From: Siculibacillus lacustris
GTDB lineage: Bacteria > Pseudomonadota > Alphaproteobacteria > Rhizobiales > Ancalomicrobiaceae
Direction of reading: 5' to 3'
Assembly (NCBI RefSeq): GCF_004328075.1
Contig: NZ_SJFN01000017.1
Span: forward strand, 92,725 to 156,724
DNA: 64,000 nt
The position numbers and the translations under genes were made by a program. Of the stretch, positions 43,737 to 54,113 are shown one piece after another. The notes beneath the pieces are model-generated. The model made no database searches. It was not told the origin of the DNA and was given only the letters and a program-made list of their open reading frames with translations. The first letter of the stretch is position 1, and each line of letters starts with the position of its first letter.

Positions 43737-44249
43737 CTACGGATCGGTCCGCCGCCCGGGCGCCGCCCCGCCCGCCGCCCGCCACAGCGCCCGCATGTGC
43801 TCGGCGAGATCCTCGGGCTCGAGCCCGTAGCTGTCGACCAGAGAGCGGCGATCGAGGGTCGGATCGCGCGGCAGGCCGGGAATCCGGCGGGCGTCCTCGG
43901 CCGGCGCCAGTTCGATCAGCACCGATCCGCCGGACCAGGCCTCGCCGGCGTCGATCGACAGCACCGCGTTCCAGGGAATGGTGTGGGCGAACACCAGCCA
44001 CGCCCGGATCCGGAAGCCCGCGGCGTCGAGCCGCAGCGTGTTGGCACCGGGCAGGATCAGGGCGAGACAGCCGAGCACCATCGCCCAACAGATTGCCAGG
44101 GCGATCACGCCGGTCAGCCCCGGTTCGAGGGCGTGCAGCACCCCACCCGCCACCGCGGCGCCCAAGGCCAAGCCGAGGAGCGGTATCCGCCGCATGTCGC
44201 GCGCCGCCAGGGTGACCGGAACGAGAAGCGTAGGATCGGTCGGCGGCAT
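43737..44249 (-). CDS. Hypothetical 2-TM membrane protein
   Basis: 170 aa; two hydrophobic helices and then a soluble domain. No family recognised; codon usage native-like. Confidence 0.4.
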   Translation of the reverse strand: MPPTDPTLLVPVTLAARDMRRIPLLGLALGAAVAGGVLHALEPGLTGVIALAICWAMVLGCLALILPGANTLRLDAAGFRIRAWLVFAHTIPWNAVLSIDAGEAWSGGSVLIELAPAEDARRIPGLPRDPTLDRRSLVDSYGLEPEDLAEHMRALWRAAGGAAPGRRTDP

Positions 44250-44516
44250 GCGGGCACTCCGGAGGCGAGCCGCAGCGCGCCCGCACCGGAGGGCGACTCG
44301 GCGCGCTCATCATGTCTCCCGCCCGCCCTCTGCGGCAACCGGTTGCGCGGGATGTCTTTCGACGGAGAATCGGTCGCCGCGGCGCTCCGCGAGCTTCGAT
44401 ACCGGAGGTCCCGATGCCGCCTTGCCTCGCGCCCGCTCCGTTCCTATGATCCGCGCCGCTCGCGCCGGGGCCCTCTCCGGCTGCCCGAACCCGCATCCGA
44501 TCGGTCCCACGCCCCC

Positions 44517-46412
44517 ATGCTCGACGTTCTGCGCCGCGGCGCCTCCACCTGGGTTTCCAAAGTTCTCCTGTCGGTGCTGATCGTCAGCTTCGGCGTCTGG
44601 GGTATCGCCGACGTGTTCCGCGGCTTCGGCTCGAACACCGCCTTCCGGGTCGGGTCGCACGAGATCGGCGTCGCCGAACTCGATCAGACCTACGCCCGCG
44701 AGTTGCAGCAGGCGTCGAGCCGGCTCGGCCGCAACCTGACCAAGGACGAGGCGCTGCGCACCGGCGTATCGCAACAGATCCTGTCGAAGATCGTCACCGA
44801 CGTGACGCTGTCGGAAGCGGTACGCAGCCTGCACCTCGGCATTTCCGATTCGACCATCGGCGCGCAGATCCTGATGGACCCCGCCTTCAAGGGCGCCTCG
44901 GGCGCCTTCGATCGCAGCCGCTTCGTCGAGCTCTTGCGCTCCAACGGCTGGAACGAGGACATCTACGTCACCCGTCGCCGCGCCGATGCGCTGCGCAGCC
45001 AGCTGCTCGACGGCGTCTCCGGCGGCTTCACCGCGCCGAAGGTGTGGGCCGAGGCGATCGACCGCTACCGCAACGAGACCCGCACCCTGCGCTACGTGAC
45101 CGTCTCGCCGGCGAGCCTCGGCGCTCTGCCGACGCCGTCGGAGAGCGATCTCGCGACGTTCTATGAACAGCGCAAGGCCGCCTTCCGGGCGCCGGAGACC
45201 CGCGGACTGATCGCCCTGGTGCTCGACGCCGCGGCGATCGCCAATCCCGCCGACGTCACCGACGACGACGCCCGCGCCGAATATGCCCGCCAGAAGGCCA
45301 AGTTCACCACGCCCGAGAAGCGTCGGGTGCTGCAACTGAGCTTCGACGACGCGGCGGCGGCCACGGCTGCCGCCGCCCGTCTCGCCGCCGGAACGCCCTT
45401 CGAGGATCTGGTCGCCGAGCGCGGCGCCAAGGTCGAGGACGTCGATCTCGGCCTGCTGGCCCGCACCGGCTTCGTCGATACGACGATCGGCGACGCCGCC
45501 TTCGCCATCCCCGAGGTCGGCGGCACCGTCGGCCCGGTCGCCGGCCGCATCGCCACCGTCATCCTCAAGCTCGCCGAGAAGGTGCCCGGCACCGAGAAGG
45601 CCTATGCGGATGTCGCGAACGAGTTGAAGACCGAGATCGCCCGTCGTCGCGCCGAAGGCGAGGTGCTGTCGCGCCACGACCAGATCGAAGACGCGCTGGC
45701 CGGCGGCGCCAAATTGTCCGAGGTCGCGACCCGCTTCGGCCTCAACCCGGTGGTCATCGACGCGGTCACCCGCGACGGCACCCTGTCCTCCGGCGTCAAG
45801 CTGACCGGCCTGCCGCAGCAGGCGAAGCTCCTGACCGGCGCCTTCGAGAGCGACGTCGGCGTCGAGAACGACACCCTCGATCTCGGCGGCCACGGCTTCC
45901 TGTGGTACGCGGTGACCGCGGTGGCGCCGGCCCACGACCGGCCGCTGGCCGAGGTCCACGATCGTGTCGTCGCCGCCTGGACCGCCGAAGCCGACGCCAA
46001 ACGCCTCGATGCCGCCGCCGCCGCCTTCGTCGCCCGCCTGAAGGCCGGCGAGGAATTCGACAAGGTCGCCGCCGACACCAAGCTGGAGCCCAAGACGTCG
46101 AGCGAGATCAAGCGCGACGAGCCCGCCGACGACCTGTCGACCGCCGCCGTCTCGGCCGCCTTCGCCGGCGGCGAGGGCCATGTCGCGATCGCCCCGGCCA
46201 AGGACGAGGGCCGCATCGTCCTGCAGGTCGCCTCGATCACCGAACCGGTGTTCTTCGCCGAGACCGACGACGCCAAGGCGCTCGCCGCCCAGACCTCGAA
46301 CGCGATCCAGAACACCCTGCTGGAGAGCTGGCTGGTGCGGGTTCAGAAGGAGATCGGCGTCAGTTCCAACCAGCAGGTGATCGCGCGCGTCATCGGCCGT
46401 TCCAAGGACTGA
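44517..46412 (+). CDS. Periplasmic chaperone / peptidyl-prolyl cis-trans isomerase PpiD-like (SurA N-terminal domain protein)
   Basis: N-terminal TM anchor VLLSVLIVSFGVWGIADVF, SurA_N-like region, parvulin-like PPIase segment. 631 aa; sits immediately upstream of trpE. Confidence 0.75.
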   Translation: MLDVLRRGASTWVSKVLLSVLIVSFGVWGIADVFRGFGSNTAFRVGSHEIGVAELDQTYARELQQASSRLGRNLTKDEALRTGVSQQILSKIVTDVTLSEAVRSLHLGISDSTIGAQILMDPAFKGASGAFDRSRFVELLRSNGWNEDIYVTRRRADALRSQLLDGVSGGFTAPKVWAEAIDRYRNETRTLRYVTVSPASLGALPTPSESDLATFYEQRKAAFRAPETRGLIALVLDAAAIANPADVTDDDARAEYARQKAKFTTPEKRRVLQLSFDDAAAATAAAARLAAGTPFEDLVAERGAKVEDVDLGLLARTGFVDTTIGDAAFAIPEVGGTVGPVAGRIATVILKLAEKVPGTEKAYADVANELKTEIARRRAEGEVLSRHDQIEDALAGGAKLSEVATRFGLNPVVIDAVTRDGTLSSGVKLTGLPQQAKLLTGAFESDVGVENDTLDLGGHGFLWYAVTAVAPAHDRPLAEVHDRVVAAWTAEADAKRLDAAAAAFVARLKAGEEFDKVAADTKLEPKTSSEIKRDEPADDLSTAAVSAAFAGGEGHVAIAPAKDEGRIVLQVASITEPVFFAETDDAKALAAQTSNAIQNTLLESWLVRVQKEIGVSSNQQVIARVIGRSKD

Positions 46413-46420
46413 GGCCCGTC

Positions 46421-47938
46421 ATGCGTGTCGAACCGTCGCCGGAAGCCTTCGCCCCGCTCTACGACGCCGGGCGCTCGACCGTGGTGTGGACCACCCTGGT
46501 CGCCGATCTCGAGACCCCGGTCTCGGCCTATCTCAAGGTCGCCGCCGGGCGTGATCCGAGCATCCTGCTCGAATCGGTCGAGGGCGGCTCGACCCGCGGC
46601 CGCTATTCGATGATCGCTCTCGATCCCGATCTGGTGTTCCGCGCCCGCGGCGAGGCCGGCGAGATCAACCGCCGCTTCGCCGTCGACCGCACCGCATTCG
46701 AGCCGGTCGAAGGCCGTTCGCTCGACGTGCTGCGCAGCCTCGTCCACGACAACGAGTTCGAGATGCCGCCGGGCCTGCCGCCGATGTCGGCCGGCATGTT
46801 CGGCTATCTCGGCTACGACATGGTCCGCCAGATGGAGGCGATCGGCGCCCCCAATCCCGATCCGATCGGCCTGCCCGACGCGATCCTGGTGCGGCCGCGC
46901 ACCGTGCTGATCTTCGACGCGGTCAAGGACGAGATCTGGATCGTCACCCGGGTTCACCCGGAGGCCGGGGTTTCGGCACCCCATGCGCACGCCCGCGCCG
47001 TCGATCGGCTGACCGCGGTGGTCGACGCCCTCGACCGGCCGCTCGCCCGCGGCGCCTACGAGATCGGCGATCTGTCGCTCGACATGGCCGCGACCTCCAA
47101 CACCACGCCGGCCCAATATGCCGCGATGGTCGATCGCGCCAAGGACTACATCCGCGCCGGCGACATCTTCCAGGTGGTGCTGTCGCAGCGCTTCGAGGCG
47201 CCCTTCCCGCTGCCGCCCTTCGCCCTCTACCGGGCGCTGCGGCGGGTCAATCCGGCGCCGTTCCTCTACTTCCTCGACTTCGGCGACTTCGCGGTCGCCG
47301 GTTCCAGCCCGGAGATCCTGGTACGGGTGCGCGACGGCGAGGTCACCATCCGGCCGATCGCCGGCACGCGGCCCCGCGGCGCGACGCCGGTCGAGGACGA
47401 GCGCAACGCCGCCGACCTGCTCGCCGACCCGAAGGAATGCGCCGAGCACCTGATGCTGCTCGACCTCGGCCGCAACGACGTCGGCCGCGTCGCTTCGATC
47501 GGCTCGGTACGGGTCACCGACAAATTCTTCGTCGAGTACTACAGCCACGTCATGCACATCGTCTCGAACGTCGTCGGGCGCCTCGCCCCCGGCCGCGACG
47601 CCCTCGACGCGCTGGCCGCCGGTTTCCCGGCCGGCACCGTGTCGGGCGCCCCCAAGGTGCGGGCGATGGAGATCATCGACGAGCTCGAGGCCGAGAAACG
47701 CGGCCTCTATGCCGGCTGCGTCGGCTATTTCTCCGCCGACGGCGCGATGGACACCTGCATCGCGCTGCGCACCGCGGTGGTGCGCGACGGACGCATGTAT
47801 GTCCAGGCCGGCGCCGGCATCGTCGCCGACAGCGTCCCGGCCTCCGAGCAGGTCGAATGCGTCAACAAGGCCAAGGCGCTGTTCCGCGCGGCCGAAGAGG
47901 CGGTGCGTTTCGCCGCGACGGTCGGCGACGGGCAGTGA
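46421..47938 (+). CDS. trpE: Anthranilate synthase component I
   Basis: LLESVEGGSTRGRYSMIALDP..., chorismate-binding core GTVSGAPKVRAMEIIDELE..RGLYAGCVGYFS. Confidence 0.9.
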   Translation: MRVEPSPEAFAPLYDAGRSTVVWTTLVADLETPVSAYLKVAAGRDPSILLESVEGGSTRGRYSMIALDPDLVFRARGEAGEINRRFAVDRTAFEPVEGRSLDVLRSLVHDNEFEMPPGLPPMSAGMFGYLGYDMVRQMEAIGAPNPDPIGLPDAILVRPRTVLIFDAVKDEIWIVTRVHPEAGVSAPHAHARAVDRLTAVVDALDRPLARGAYEIGDLSLDMAATSNTTPAQYAAMVDRAKDYIRAGDIFQVVLSQRFEAPFPLPPFALYRALRRVNPAPFLYFLDFGDFAVAGSSPEILVRVRDGEVTIRPIAGTRPRGATPVEDERNAADLLADPKECAEHLMLLDLGRNDVGRVASIGSVRVTDKFFVEYYSHVMHIVSNVVGRLAPGRDALDALAAGFPAGTVSGAPKVRAMEIIDELEAEKRGLYAGCVGYFSADGAMDTCIALRTAVVRDGRMYVQAGAGIVADSVPASEQVECVNKAKALFRAAEEAVRFAATVGDGQ

Positions 47939-48135
47939 CCGCCCGCCGCCGGGGCGAGCGCGGCATATCGTCCGAAACGTTCGGGATCGTCGCGAATTGA
48001 TGGAAATACCCCGGCGTTTCGCCGGTCGAATTAGGACTCTCTTGGTCTCTGGGCGTCAGACTCCGCGCCTGTGAGTCGGGAGGATCGGTCGGAAGACCGG
48101 TCCACCGCCCCGATCGGCACCCGGAGAGCCCCTCT

Positions 48136-49434
48136 ATGACGGACCCGTTGCGCACCCGTCTCGCGCGCTTCGCCGCCGATCGAAGCGGCAACGTCGCGAT
48201 GATGTTCGCCCTGGCGCTGGTGCCGCTGATCTTCGCCGTCGGCCTGGCGATCGATTATTCGGTGGCGGTGCGCAACCGCACCGAATTGCAGAGCGCCGTC
48301 GACGGCGCGGCGCTGGCCGCCTCGCGCGCCGCGGTCGACTACCTGTCCGACAACGGCTTCTCCGCCGCCAATGCCGCGACCGCCTCGACCCTCGGCGTCA
48401 ACGCCGGCACCGCGCTGTTCAACGCCTCGGTCGCCGGCCTCAAGCTCGCCGCCGCGCCGGTTCTGACGCTGACCATGAGCATCCCCTCGGCCCAGAGCAT
48501 CGGCGCCACCGCCTCGGCCACCGCTTCGGCCCCGACCTCGCTGCTGGCCGCGGTCGGCAAGACCTCGATCGATCTCGCGGCGGATGCCAGTGCCGTCGCC
48601 GCGCTGCCGGTGTCCTATTATCAGTTCCTGTTCCTGGTCGACATTTCCGGCTCGATGGCGATCGGCGGAACGTCGGCGGACATCGCGACGCTGCAGGCCA
48701 GTTCGGCCTTCGGTTATTGTGGCTTCGCCTGCCACGACCCCAATCACTACTACGGATCGACCGATTATCGCGTTCTCGCCAAAACCAAGAACATCAAGCT
48801 GAAGATCGACTACGTCACGACCGCGGTACAGACCTTTCTGACGACGCTCAATACCGCCCTGACCAAGGCCAATGCGCAGTCGAAGACGGCGATCTACACT
48901 TACGCGACGAATTTCACGACGCTGCAGGCGAGCACTTCGAGCATGTCGACGGCGATCTCCAGCGCCGCCAACATCGACGTCGAGCCGGTCGGCACCTCCT
49001 CGTCGAACTGGGGTTACACCAAGACCGCCAGTGCGCTCACCTCGATCAAGAACCTGCTCGCCAACGTCGGCGACGGCACCTCGACGACCAGCCGCAAGAC
49101 CTATGTGATCTTCATCACCGATGCCCTCGAGGACCTGCCGGCGCCCGGCACCACCTACGGCCGCTCCACCGATCTCGCCTATGGCACCAACTGCACCACC
49201 TTGAAGAACGCCGGCGTGACCCTGATCACCGTCGAGGCGACCTATCCGGTGGTTCCCAACGACGCCCAGTACACCCAGATCGTCGCGCCTTGGGCGTCCT
49301 CGATGCAGCCGACCATGAAGGCCTGCGCGACCAGCGCGCAATGGGCCTTCTCGGCCACCGACGGCCCCGGCATCCAGGCGGCGATGAACACCGCCGTGGT
49401 CCAGATCACCAGCACCCTGCGCATCAGCAACTGA
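48136..49434 (+). CDS. TadE/TadG-family Flp-pilus pseudopilin-like protein with vWA-like domain
   Basis: RFAADRSGNVAMMFALALVPLIFAVGLAIDYS (TadE-like N-terminal motif plus TM), then LFLVDISGSMA (vWA MIDAS-like DxSxS). Ser/Thr/Ala-rich; locally lower GC. Confidence 0.6.
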   Translation: MTDPLRTRLARFAADRSGNVAMMFALALVPLIFAVGLAIDYSVAVRNRTELQSAVDGAALAASRAAVDYLSDNGFSAANAATASTLGVNAGTALFNASVAGLKLAAAPVLTLTMSIPSAQSIGATASATASAPTSLLAAVGKTSIDLAADASAVAALPVSYYQFLFLVDISGSMAIGGTSADIATLQASSAFGYCGFACHDPNHYYGSTDYRVLAKTKNIKLKIDYVTTAVQTFLTTLNTALTKANAQSKTAIYTYATNFTTLQASTSSMSTAISSAANIDVEPVGTSSSNWGYTKTASALTSIKNLLANVGDGTSTTSRKTYVIFITDALEDLPAPGTTYGRSTDLAYGTNCTTLKNAGVTLITVEATYPVVPNDAQYTQIVAPWASSMQPTMKACATSAQWAFSATDGPGIQAAMNTAVVQITSTLRISN

Positions 49435-49442
49435 GTGCCCGC

Positions 49443-50159
49443 TCATCGCGCCGCGCCGGCCCCCTTCGCCGCGCAAGCGGCTTCGGTGCGGGCGGCGAGG
49501 TCGGACATGCCTTCGGACGCGAGCCAGATCGCGAGGGGAACGCGGTCGTCCGAGCCCGACCGGCGACGAACCGGCGTGCAGGGATCGAGCCCGCGATCGA
49601 GCAGCAGAGTGACGAAGCCGGGCTGATCGCGACAGTCGTCCGAGCAGAGCAGATCGAGCACGCCGCTGTCGTATCCGTCTCGCGCGTTCGGATCGGCACC
49701 GTGATCGAGCAGAACGGCGAGCAGGGCCGGTTTGCCCTGACGGGCGACCATGACGATCGGGAGCTGTCTCGATGCGTCGCGGCGGTTCGGATCGCCACCG
49801 GCGTCGAGGATGACGGCGAGCTTTTCGGGCGACGTGTACATCGCGGGATAGTCCAGAGCCACGGTCAGCGGCGTATAGCCTTGGATCGACGCATTGGGAT
49901 CGAAGCCCCACCCGCGCATCCAGCGCATCAGCCCGGCGCCGCCCTCGAGCGCGAGCGCAGAAACGTAGCGGTCTTCGGGTGTGCCGATCGCGAGCAGATC
50001 CGCCACCCAGACGACGGCGAGCTCCGTGCGTTGCGGCCAACGTTCGTGGAGTTCGTCGTAGACGATCACCCCGGCGACGAAGACGGCGAACAACGCCACG
50101 GCTGAGGCGAGCCCGACGCCGGCGATCTTCAGGAGGCGGCGACCGAGAGGCCGGGTCAT
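49443..50159 (-). CDS. Membrane-anchored ankyrin-repeat protein (paralogue 1)
   Basis: N-terminal signal-anchor MTRPLGRRLLKIAGVGLASAVALFAVFVAGVI, then ANK repeats (GYTPLTVAL...LDAGGDPNRRD; LPIVMVARQGKPALLAVLLDHGADPNARD; ...LLLDRGLDPC). Confidence 0.65.
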   Translation of the reverse strand: MTRPLGRRLLKIAGVGLASAVALFAVFVAGVIVYDELHERWPQRTELAVVWVADLLAIGTPEDRYVSALALEGGAGLMRWMRGWGFDPNASIQGYTPLTVALDYPAMYTSPEKLAVILDAGGDPNRRDASRQLPIVMVARQGKPALLAVLLDHGADPNARDGYDSGVLDLLCSDDCRDQPGFVTLLLDRGLDPCTPVRRRSGSDDRVPLAIWLASEGMSDLAARTEAACAAKGAGAAR

Positions 50160-50218
50160 GGGATGTGCGCTCCGTGGTCGTGACGGATCGGCTGCTGTAG
50201 TCCTCGTCGGCGCCCCAC

Positions 50219-50911
50219 TCATCGCACGGTCTCCCCGACCCCCTTCGCCGCGCAAGCGGCTTCGGCGCGGGCGGCGAGGTCGGGAAGGTCGAGGTCGGTG
50301 AGACGGAAGTGCAAGGGTCGGGTTCCATCAGGCCCGCGAAGGCCGGTACACGGATCGAACCCACGGTCCAGAAGCAGCGGCCAGATCATCCCGCGATCGG
50401 GTCCGAATGCCGTTTCACCCAGAAGATCCAACAGGCCTTCGCCTCCGGAATTGCGTGCATTGGGATTTGCCCCTGCCGCGAGGAGGATCCGCACGAGATC
50501 GGGTCGCTTGCACGCTGCGGCGACGAGCACGATCGGGCCGGCGGTCCCGACGCCTCGTTCCAGGTCGATACCACTCGACGCCAGCGCTTCGAAGGGGCGG
50601 ACCGGGGGCGTACAGCCCCCTCCGAGGATCACGAGGGCGTAGTCGATCGGCCGATATCGGCGTGCGGGTGGATTGGGATCGAAGCCGCGCCAACGCGCCC
50701 ATCGAACGAAGACGTCGCCCCACTCGTTTTCCGCGGCCACGAACAGGAGATCTTCGCGGTTCTCCAGTGCGAAGGCGTCCTCGAAGGAGAGAGAGGACAG
50801 TTGGAACGACCGGAACGCGTGATCGTGCCAATAATCGAGCGCGAGCGCCACGCCGAAGGGCAGCGAGCCGAGAACCACCAAAACGGCGAGCAATCTCGCA
50901 ATGCGCTTCAT
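50219..50911 (-). CDS. Membrane-anchored ankyrin-repeat protein (paralogue 2, tandem duplicate)
   Basis: MKRIARLLAVLVVLGSLPFGVALAL anchor; ANK repeats (GPIVLVAAACKRPDLVRILLAAGANPNARN...). The protein and DNA 3' ends are near-identical to the neighbour (DLAARAEAACAAKG; gcccccttcgccgcgcaagcggcttcgg at 49445 and 50230). Confidence 0.65.
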   Translation of the reverse strand: MKRIARLLAVLVVLGSLPFGVALALDYWHDHAFRSFQLSSLSFEDAFALENREDLLFVAAENEWGDVFVRWARWRGFDPNPPARRYRPIDYALVILGGGCTPPVRPFEALASSGIDLERGVGTAGPIVLVAAACKRPDLVRILLAAGANPNARNSGGEGLLDLLGETAFGPDRGMIWPLLLDRGFDPCTGLRGPDGTRPLHFRLTDLDLPDLAARAEAACAAKGVGETVR

Positions 50912-51168
50912 GGGGTCGGTCCCCCGCGGTAGTGATCGGAGCGCAACGCGGCGATCGAGGGCGTCGTGGGGTGGTAGGGGGCGGCGGAACGGGGAACCAT
51001 GGCGGAGGTCTCGCGAACGATGAGAGTGTATCATCGTCGCACGCGTTTTGCGCGAGAGGATTATATTCCTATCGTCCCCGACGGATGTGGGGCGCCCCCT
51101 CCCCGCGTGACAAAGCCGCCTCGCCTCGTTATCTGTGACGTCACGTCCGGCACGGAGGTCCGCCCGCC

Positions 51169-51774
51169 TTGTTCCTGGTCATCGACAACTACGACAGCTT
51201 CACCTGGAACCTCGTCCATCTGATCGGGGAACTCGGTCCCGAGCTCGAGGTCGTGCGCAACGACAAGATCACCGTCGACGAGATCGCCCGCCGCGATCCC
51301 GAGGGCATCGTGCTGTCGCCCGGGCCCCGCACCCCGACCGAGGCCGGGGTGTGCCTCGAGGTGATCACCCGCCTCGGCGCCGAGGTGCCGATCTTCGGCG
51401 TCTGCCTCGGCCATCAGGCGATCGGGCAGGCCTACGGCGGCCGGGTGATCCGCGCCCCTTCGCTGATGCACGGCAAGACCAGCACCATCCGTCACGACGG
51501 CCGGGGGCTGTTCCGTGGCCTCAATCACGATTTCCGGGCGACCCGCTATCATTCGCTGATCGTCGCCCGCGACGACCTGCCGCCGTCGCTGATCCCGGTC
51601 GCGAGTTCCGACGACGGGCTGATCATGGGCATGATGCACGCCGAACACCCGGTGCACGGCGTGCAGTTCCATCCCGAATCGATCGCCTCGGAATGCGGCG
51701 CCGACCTGATGCGCAACTTCCTCGCCATCGCCCGCGACTTCAACGACCACCGGCGCGGGCGGCGCGCGGCGTGA
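51169..51774 (+). CDS. trpG: Anthranilate synthase component II (glutamine amidotransferase)
   Basis: TTG start; [28 protein letters not shown] (catalytic Cys), HGVQFHPES. Confidence 0.85.
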   Translation: MFLVIDNYDSFTWNLVHLIGELGPELEVVRNDKITVDEIARRDPEGIVLSPGPRTPTEAGVCLEVITRLGAEVPIFGVCLGHQAIGQAYGGRVIRAPSLMHGKTSTIRHDGRGLFRGLNHDFRATRYHSLIVARDDLPPSLIPVASSDDGLIMGMMHAEHPVHGVQFHPESIASECGADLMRNFLAIARDFNDHRRGRRAA

Positions 51775-51811
51775 ACCCGCGGCGGATCGGCCGCGACGGA
51801 GACCTCGACCC

Positions 51812-52825
51812 ATGACCGACCTCAAGGCGCTGATCGGCAAGGCCGCCACCGGCGCGAGTCTGAGCCGCGAGGAGGCGCGCACCGCCTTCGACGTGATGAT
51901 GTCGGGCGCCGCCACTCCGGCGCAGATCGGCGGCTTCCTGATGGCACTCCGGGTCCGCGGCGAGAGCGTCGACGAGATCACCGGCGCCGTCGAGGTGATG
52001 CGCGACAAGATGCTGCGGGTCGCGGCCCCCGCCGACGCGGTCGACATCGTCGGCACCGGCGGCGACGGCTCCGGCTCGTGGAACGTCTCGACCGCCTCGG
52101 CCTTCGTCGCCGCCGCCATGGGCATCCCGATCGCCAAGCACGGCAACCGCGCGCTGTCGTCGAAGTCCGGCTCGGCCGACGTGCTGGTCGCCCTCGGGGT
52201 CAAGATCGACATCTCGCCGGAGCGCATCGCCGAGTGCGTGCGCGAGGCCGGGGTCGGCTTCATGTTCGCCCCCGCCCACCATGCGGCGATGAAACACGTC
52301 GGCCCGGCCCGCGTCGAACTCGGCACCCGCACGGTGTTCAATCTGCTCGGACCGCTGTCCAATCCGGCCGGGGTCAAGCGGCAGATGACCGGGGTCTTCG
52401 CCCGCGCCTGGGTCGAACCGGTCGCCCGGGTGCTGGCCAATCTCGGCACGACCGCCGCCTGGGTGGTCAACGGCTCCGACGGTCTCGACGAGATCACCGT
52501 GACCGGCGAGACCCATGTCGCCGCGCTGGCCGACGGCCGCGTCACCGTGTTCACCGTGACCCCCGAACAGGTCGGTCTGCCGCGCCATCCGCCCGAGGCG
52601 CTGAAGGGCGGCGACGCCCAGCGCAACGCCGAAGCGCTGCGCGCGGTGCTGGCCGGCGAGCCCTCGGCCTATCGCGACATCGTGCTGATGAACGCCGGCG
52701 CCGCCGCGGTGGTCGCCGGTCGCGCCGCCGGCCTCGCCGAGGGCGTGGCGATGGCGAGGGAAGCGATCGATTCTGGCGCGGCGCACGCCCGCCTGTCGGC
52801 GCTGATCGAGGTCTCCGGCCGATGA
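51812..52825 (+). CDS. trpD: Anthranilate phosphoribosyltransferase
   Basis: [55 protein letters not shown]. Confidence 0.9.
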   Translation: MTDLKALIGKAATGASLSREEARTAFDVMMSGAATPAQIGGFLMALRVRGESVDEITGAVEVMRDKMLRVAAPADAVDIVGTGGDGSGSWNVSTASAFVAAAMGIPIAKHGNRALSSKSGSADVLVALGVKIDISPERIAECVREAGVGFMFAPAHHAAMKHVGPARVELGTRTVFNLLGPLSNPAGVKRQMTGVFARAWVEPVARVLANLGTTAAWVVNGSDGLDEITVTGETHVAALADGRVTVFTVTPEQVGLPRHPPEALKGGDAQRNAEALRAVLAGEPSAYRDIVLMNAGAAAVVAGRAAGLAEGVAMAREAIDSGAAHARLSALIEVSGR

Positions 52826-53625
52826 CCGAGATCCCCGACATCCTGCGCCGGATCGAGCGCTACAAGCGCGACGAGATCGCCGCCGCCCGGGCCACATTGC
52901 CCGAAGTCGAGTTGCGCGCTCGCCTCGCCGACGTCGCGCCGCCGCGCGGCTTCGCCGCGGCGCTCGCCGCCCGCAAGGCCGCCGGCCGTCGCGGCCTGAT
53001 CGCCGAGATCAAGAAGGCGAGCCCGTCCAAGGGGCTGATCCGCCCCGACTTCGATCCGCCGGCACTGGCCCGCGCCTACGAGCAGGGCGGCGCCGCCTGC
53101 CTGTCGGTGCTGACCGACGCGCCGTCGTTCCAGGGCGCCCCCGGCTTCCTCGCCGCCGCCCGCGACGCCACCGCCCTGCCGGTGCTGCGCAAGGACTTCC
53201 TGTTCGACCCCTACCAGGTGGTCGAGGCCCGCGCCTGGGGCGCCGACTGCATCCTGATCATCCTTGCCGCGGTCGACGACGCCACCGCCGCGGCGCTCGA
53301 GACGGAAGCCTTCGCCCTCGGCATGGACGTGCTGATCGAGGTCCACGACGAGGCGGAACTGGCGCGCGCCCTGCGCCTCGCCTCGCCGCTGATCGGCGTC
53401 AACAACCGCGATCTGCGCACCTTCGAACTGTCGCTCACGGTGTCGGAACGGCTCGCGCCGCAGATCCCGGCCGACCGTCTGGTGGTCGGCGAGAGCGGCA
53501 TCTTCACCCCCGCCGACTGCGCCCGCCTCGCGGCGGTCGGCATCACCACCTTCCTGGTCGGCGAGAGCCTGATGCGCTCGTCCGACGTCGCCGCCGCCAC
53601 GGCGGCCCTCCTCGAGGACGCCTGA
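52822..53625 (+). CDS. trpC: Indole-3-glycerol phosphate synthase
   Basis: [41 protein letters not shown]. Overlaps the trpD stop. Confidence 0.9.
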   Translation: MTEIPDILRRIERYKRDEIAAARATLPEVELRARLADVAPPRGFAAALAARKAAGRRGLIAEIKKASPSKGLIRPDFDPPALARAYEQGGAACLSVLTDAPSFQGAPGFLAAARDATALPVLRKDFLFDPYQVVEARAWGADCILIILAAVDDATAAALETEAFALGMDVLIEVHDEAELARALRLASPLIGVNNRDLRTFELSLTVSERLAPQIPADRLVVGESGIFTPADCARLAAVGITTFLVGESLMRSSDVAAATAALLEDA

Positions 53626-53627
53626 CC

Positions 53628-54113
53628 ATGGCCGACACCCCTACCCTCAGCCACGTCGATGCCTCGGGCTCGGCCCGCATGGTCGACGTCGGCGACAAGG
53701 CGGTGACCTCGCGCACCGCCGTCGCCGAGGCCCATGTGACGATGGCACCGGCCACCCTGGCCCTGATCCTCGAGCATCGCGCCGCCAAGGGCGACGTCAT
53801 CGCCACCGCCCGCATCGCCGGGATCATGGCCGCCAAGCGCACCCACGAATTGATCCCGCTGTGCCATCCGCTGCTGCTGACCAACGTCGCGGTGGTGATC
53901 GAGCCCGACACCGAACTGCCGGGGCTCAGGATCGTCGCCACCGCCCGGGTCTCCGGCCAGACCGGGGTCGAGATGGAGGCGCTGACCGCGGCTTCCGTCG
54001 CCGCCCTCACCGTCTACGACATGGCCAAGGCGGTCGACCGCGGCATGGTGATCGGCGGCGTCCGGCTGCTCGAGAAGTCCGGCGGCCGCTCCGGCCACTG
54101 GCACGCTTCATGA
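53628..54113 (+). CDS. moaC: Cyclic pyranopterin monophosphate synthase MoaC
   Basis: [23 protein letters not shown]...[11 protein letters not shown]...[20 protein letters not shown]. Confidence 0.9.
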   Translation: MADTPTLSHVDASGSARMVDVGDKAVTSRTAVAEAHVTMAPATLALILEHRAAKGDVIATARIAGIMAAKRTHELIPLCHPLLLTNVAVVIEPDTELPGLRIVATARVSGQTGVEMEALTAASVAALTVYDMAKAVDRGMVIGGVRLLEKSGGRSGHWHAS

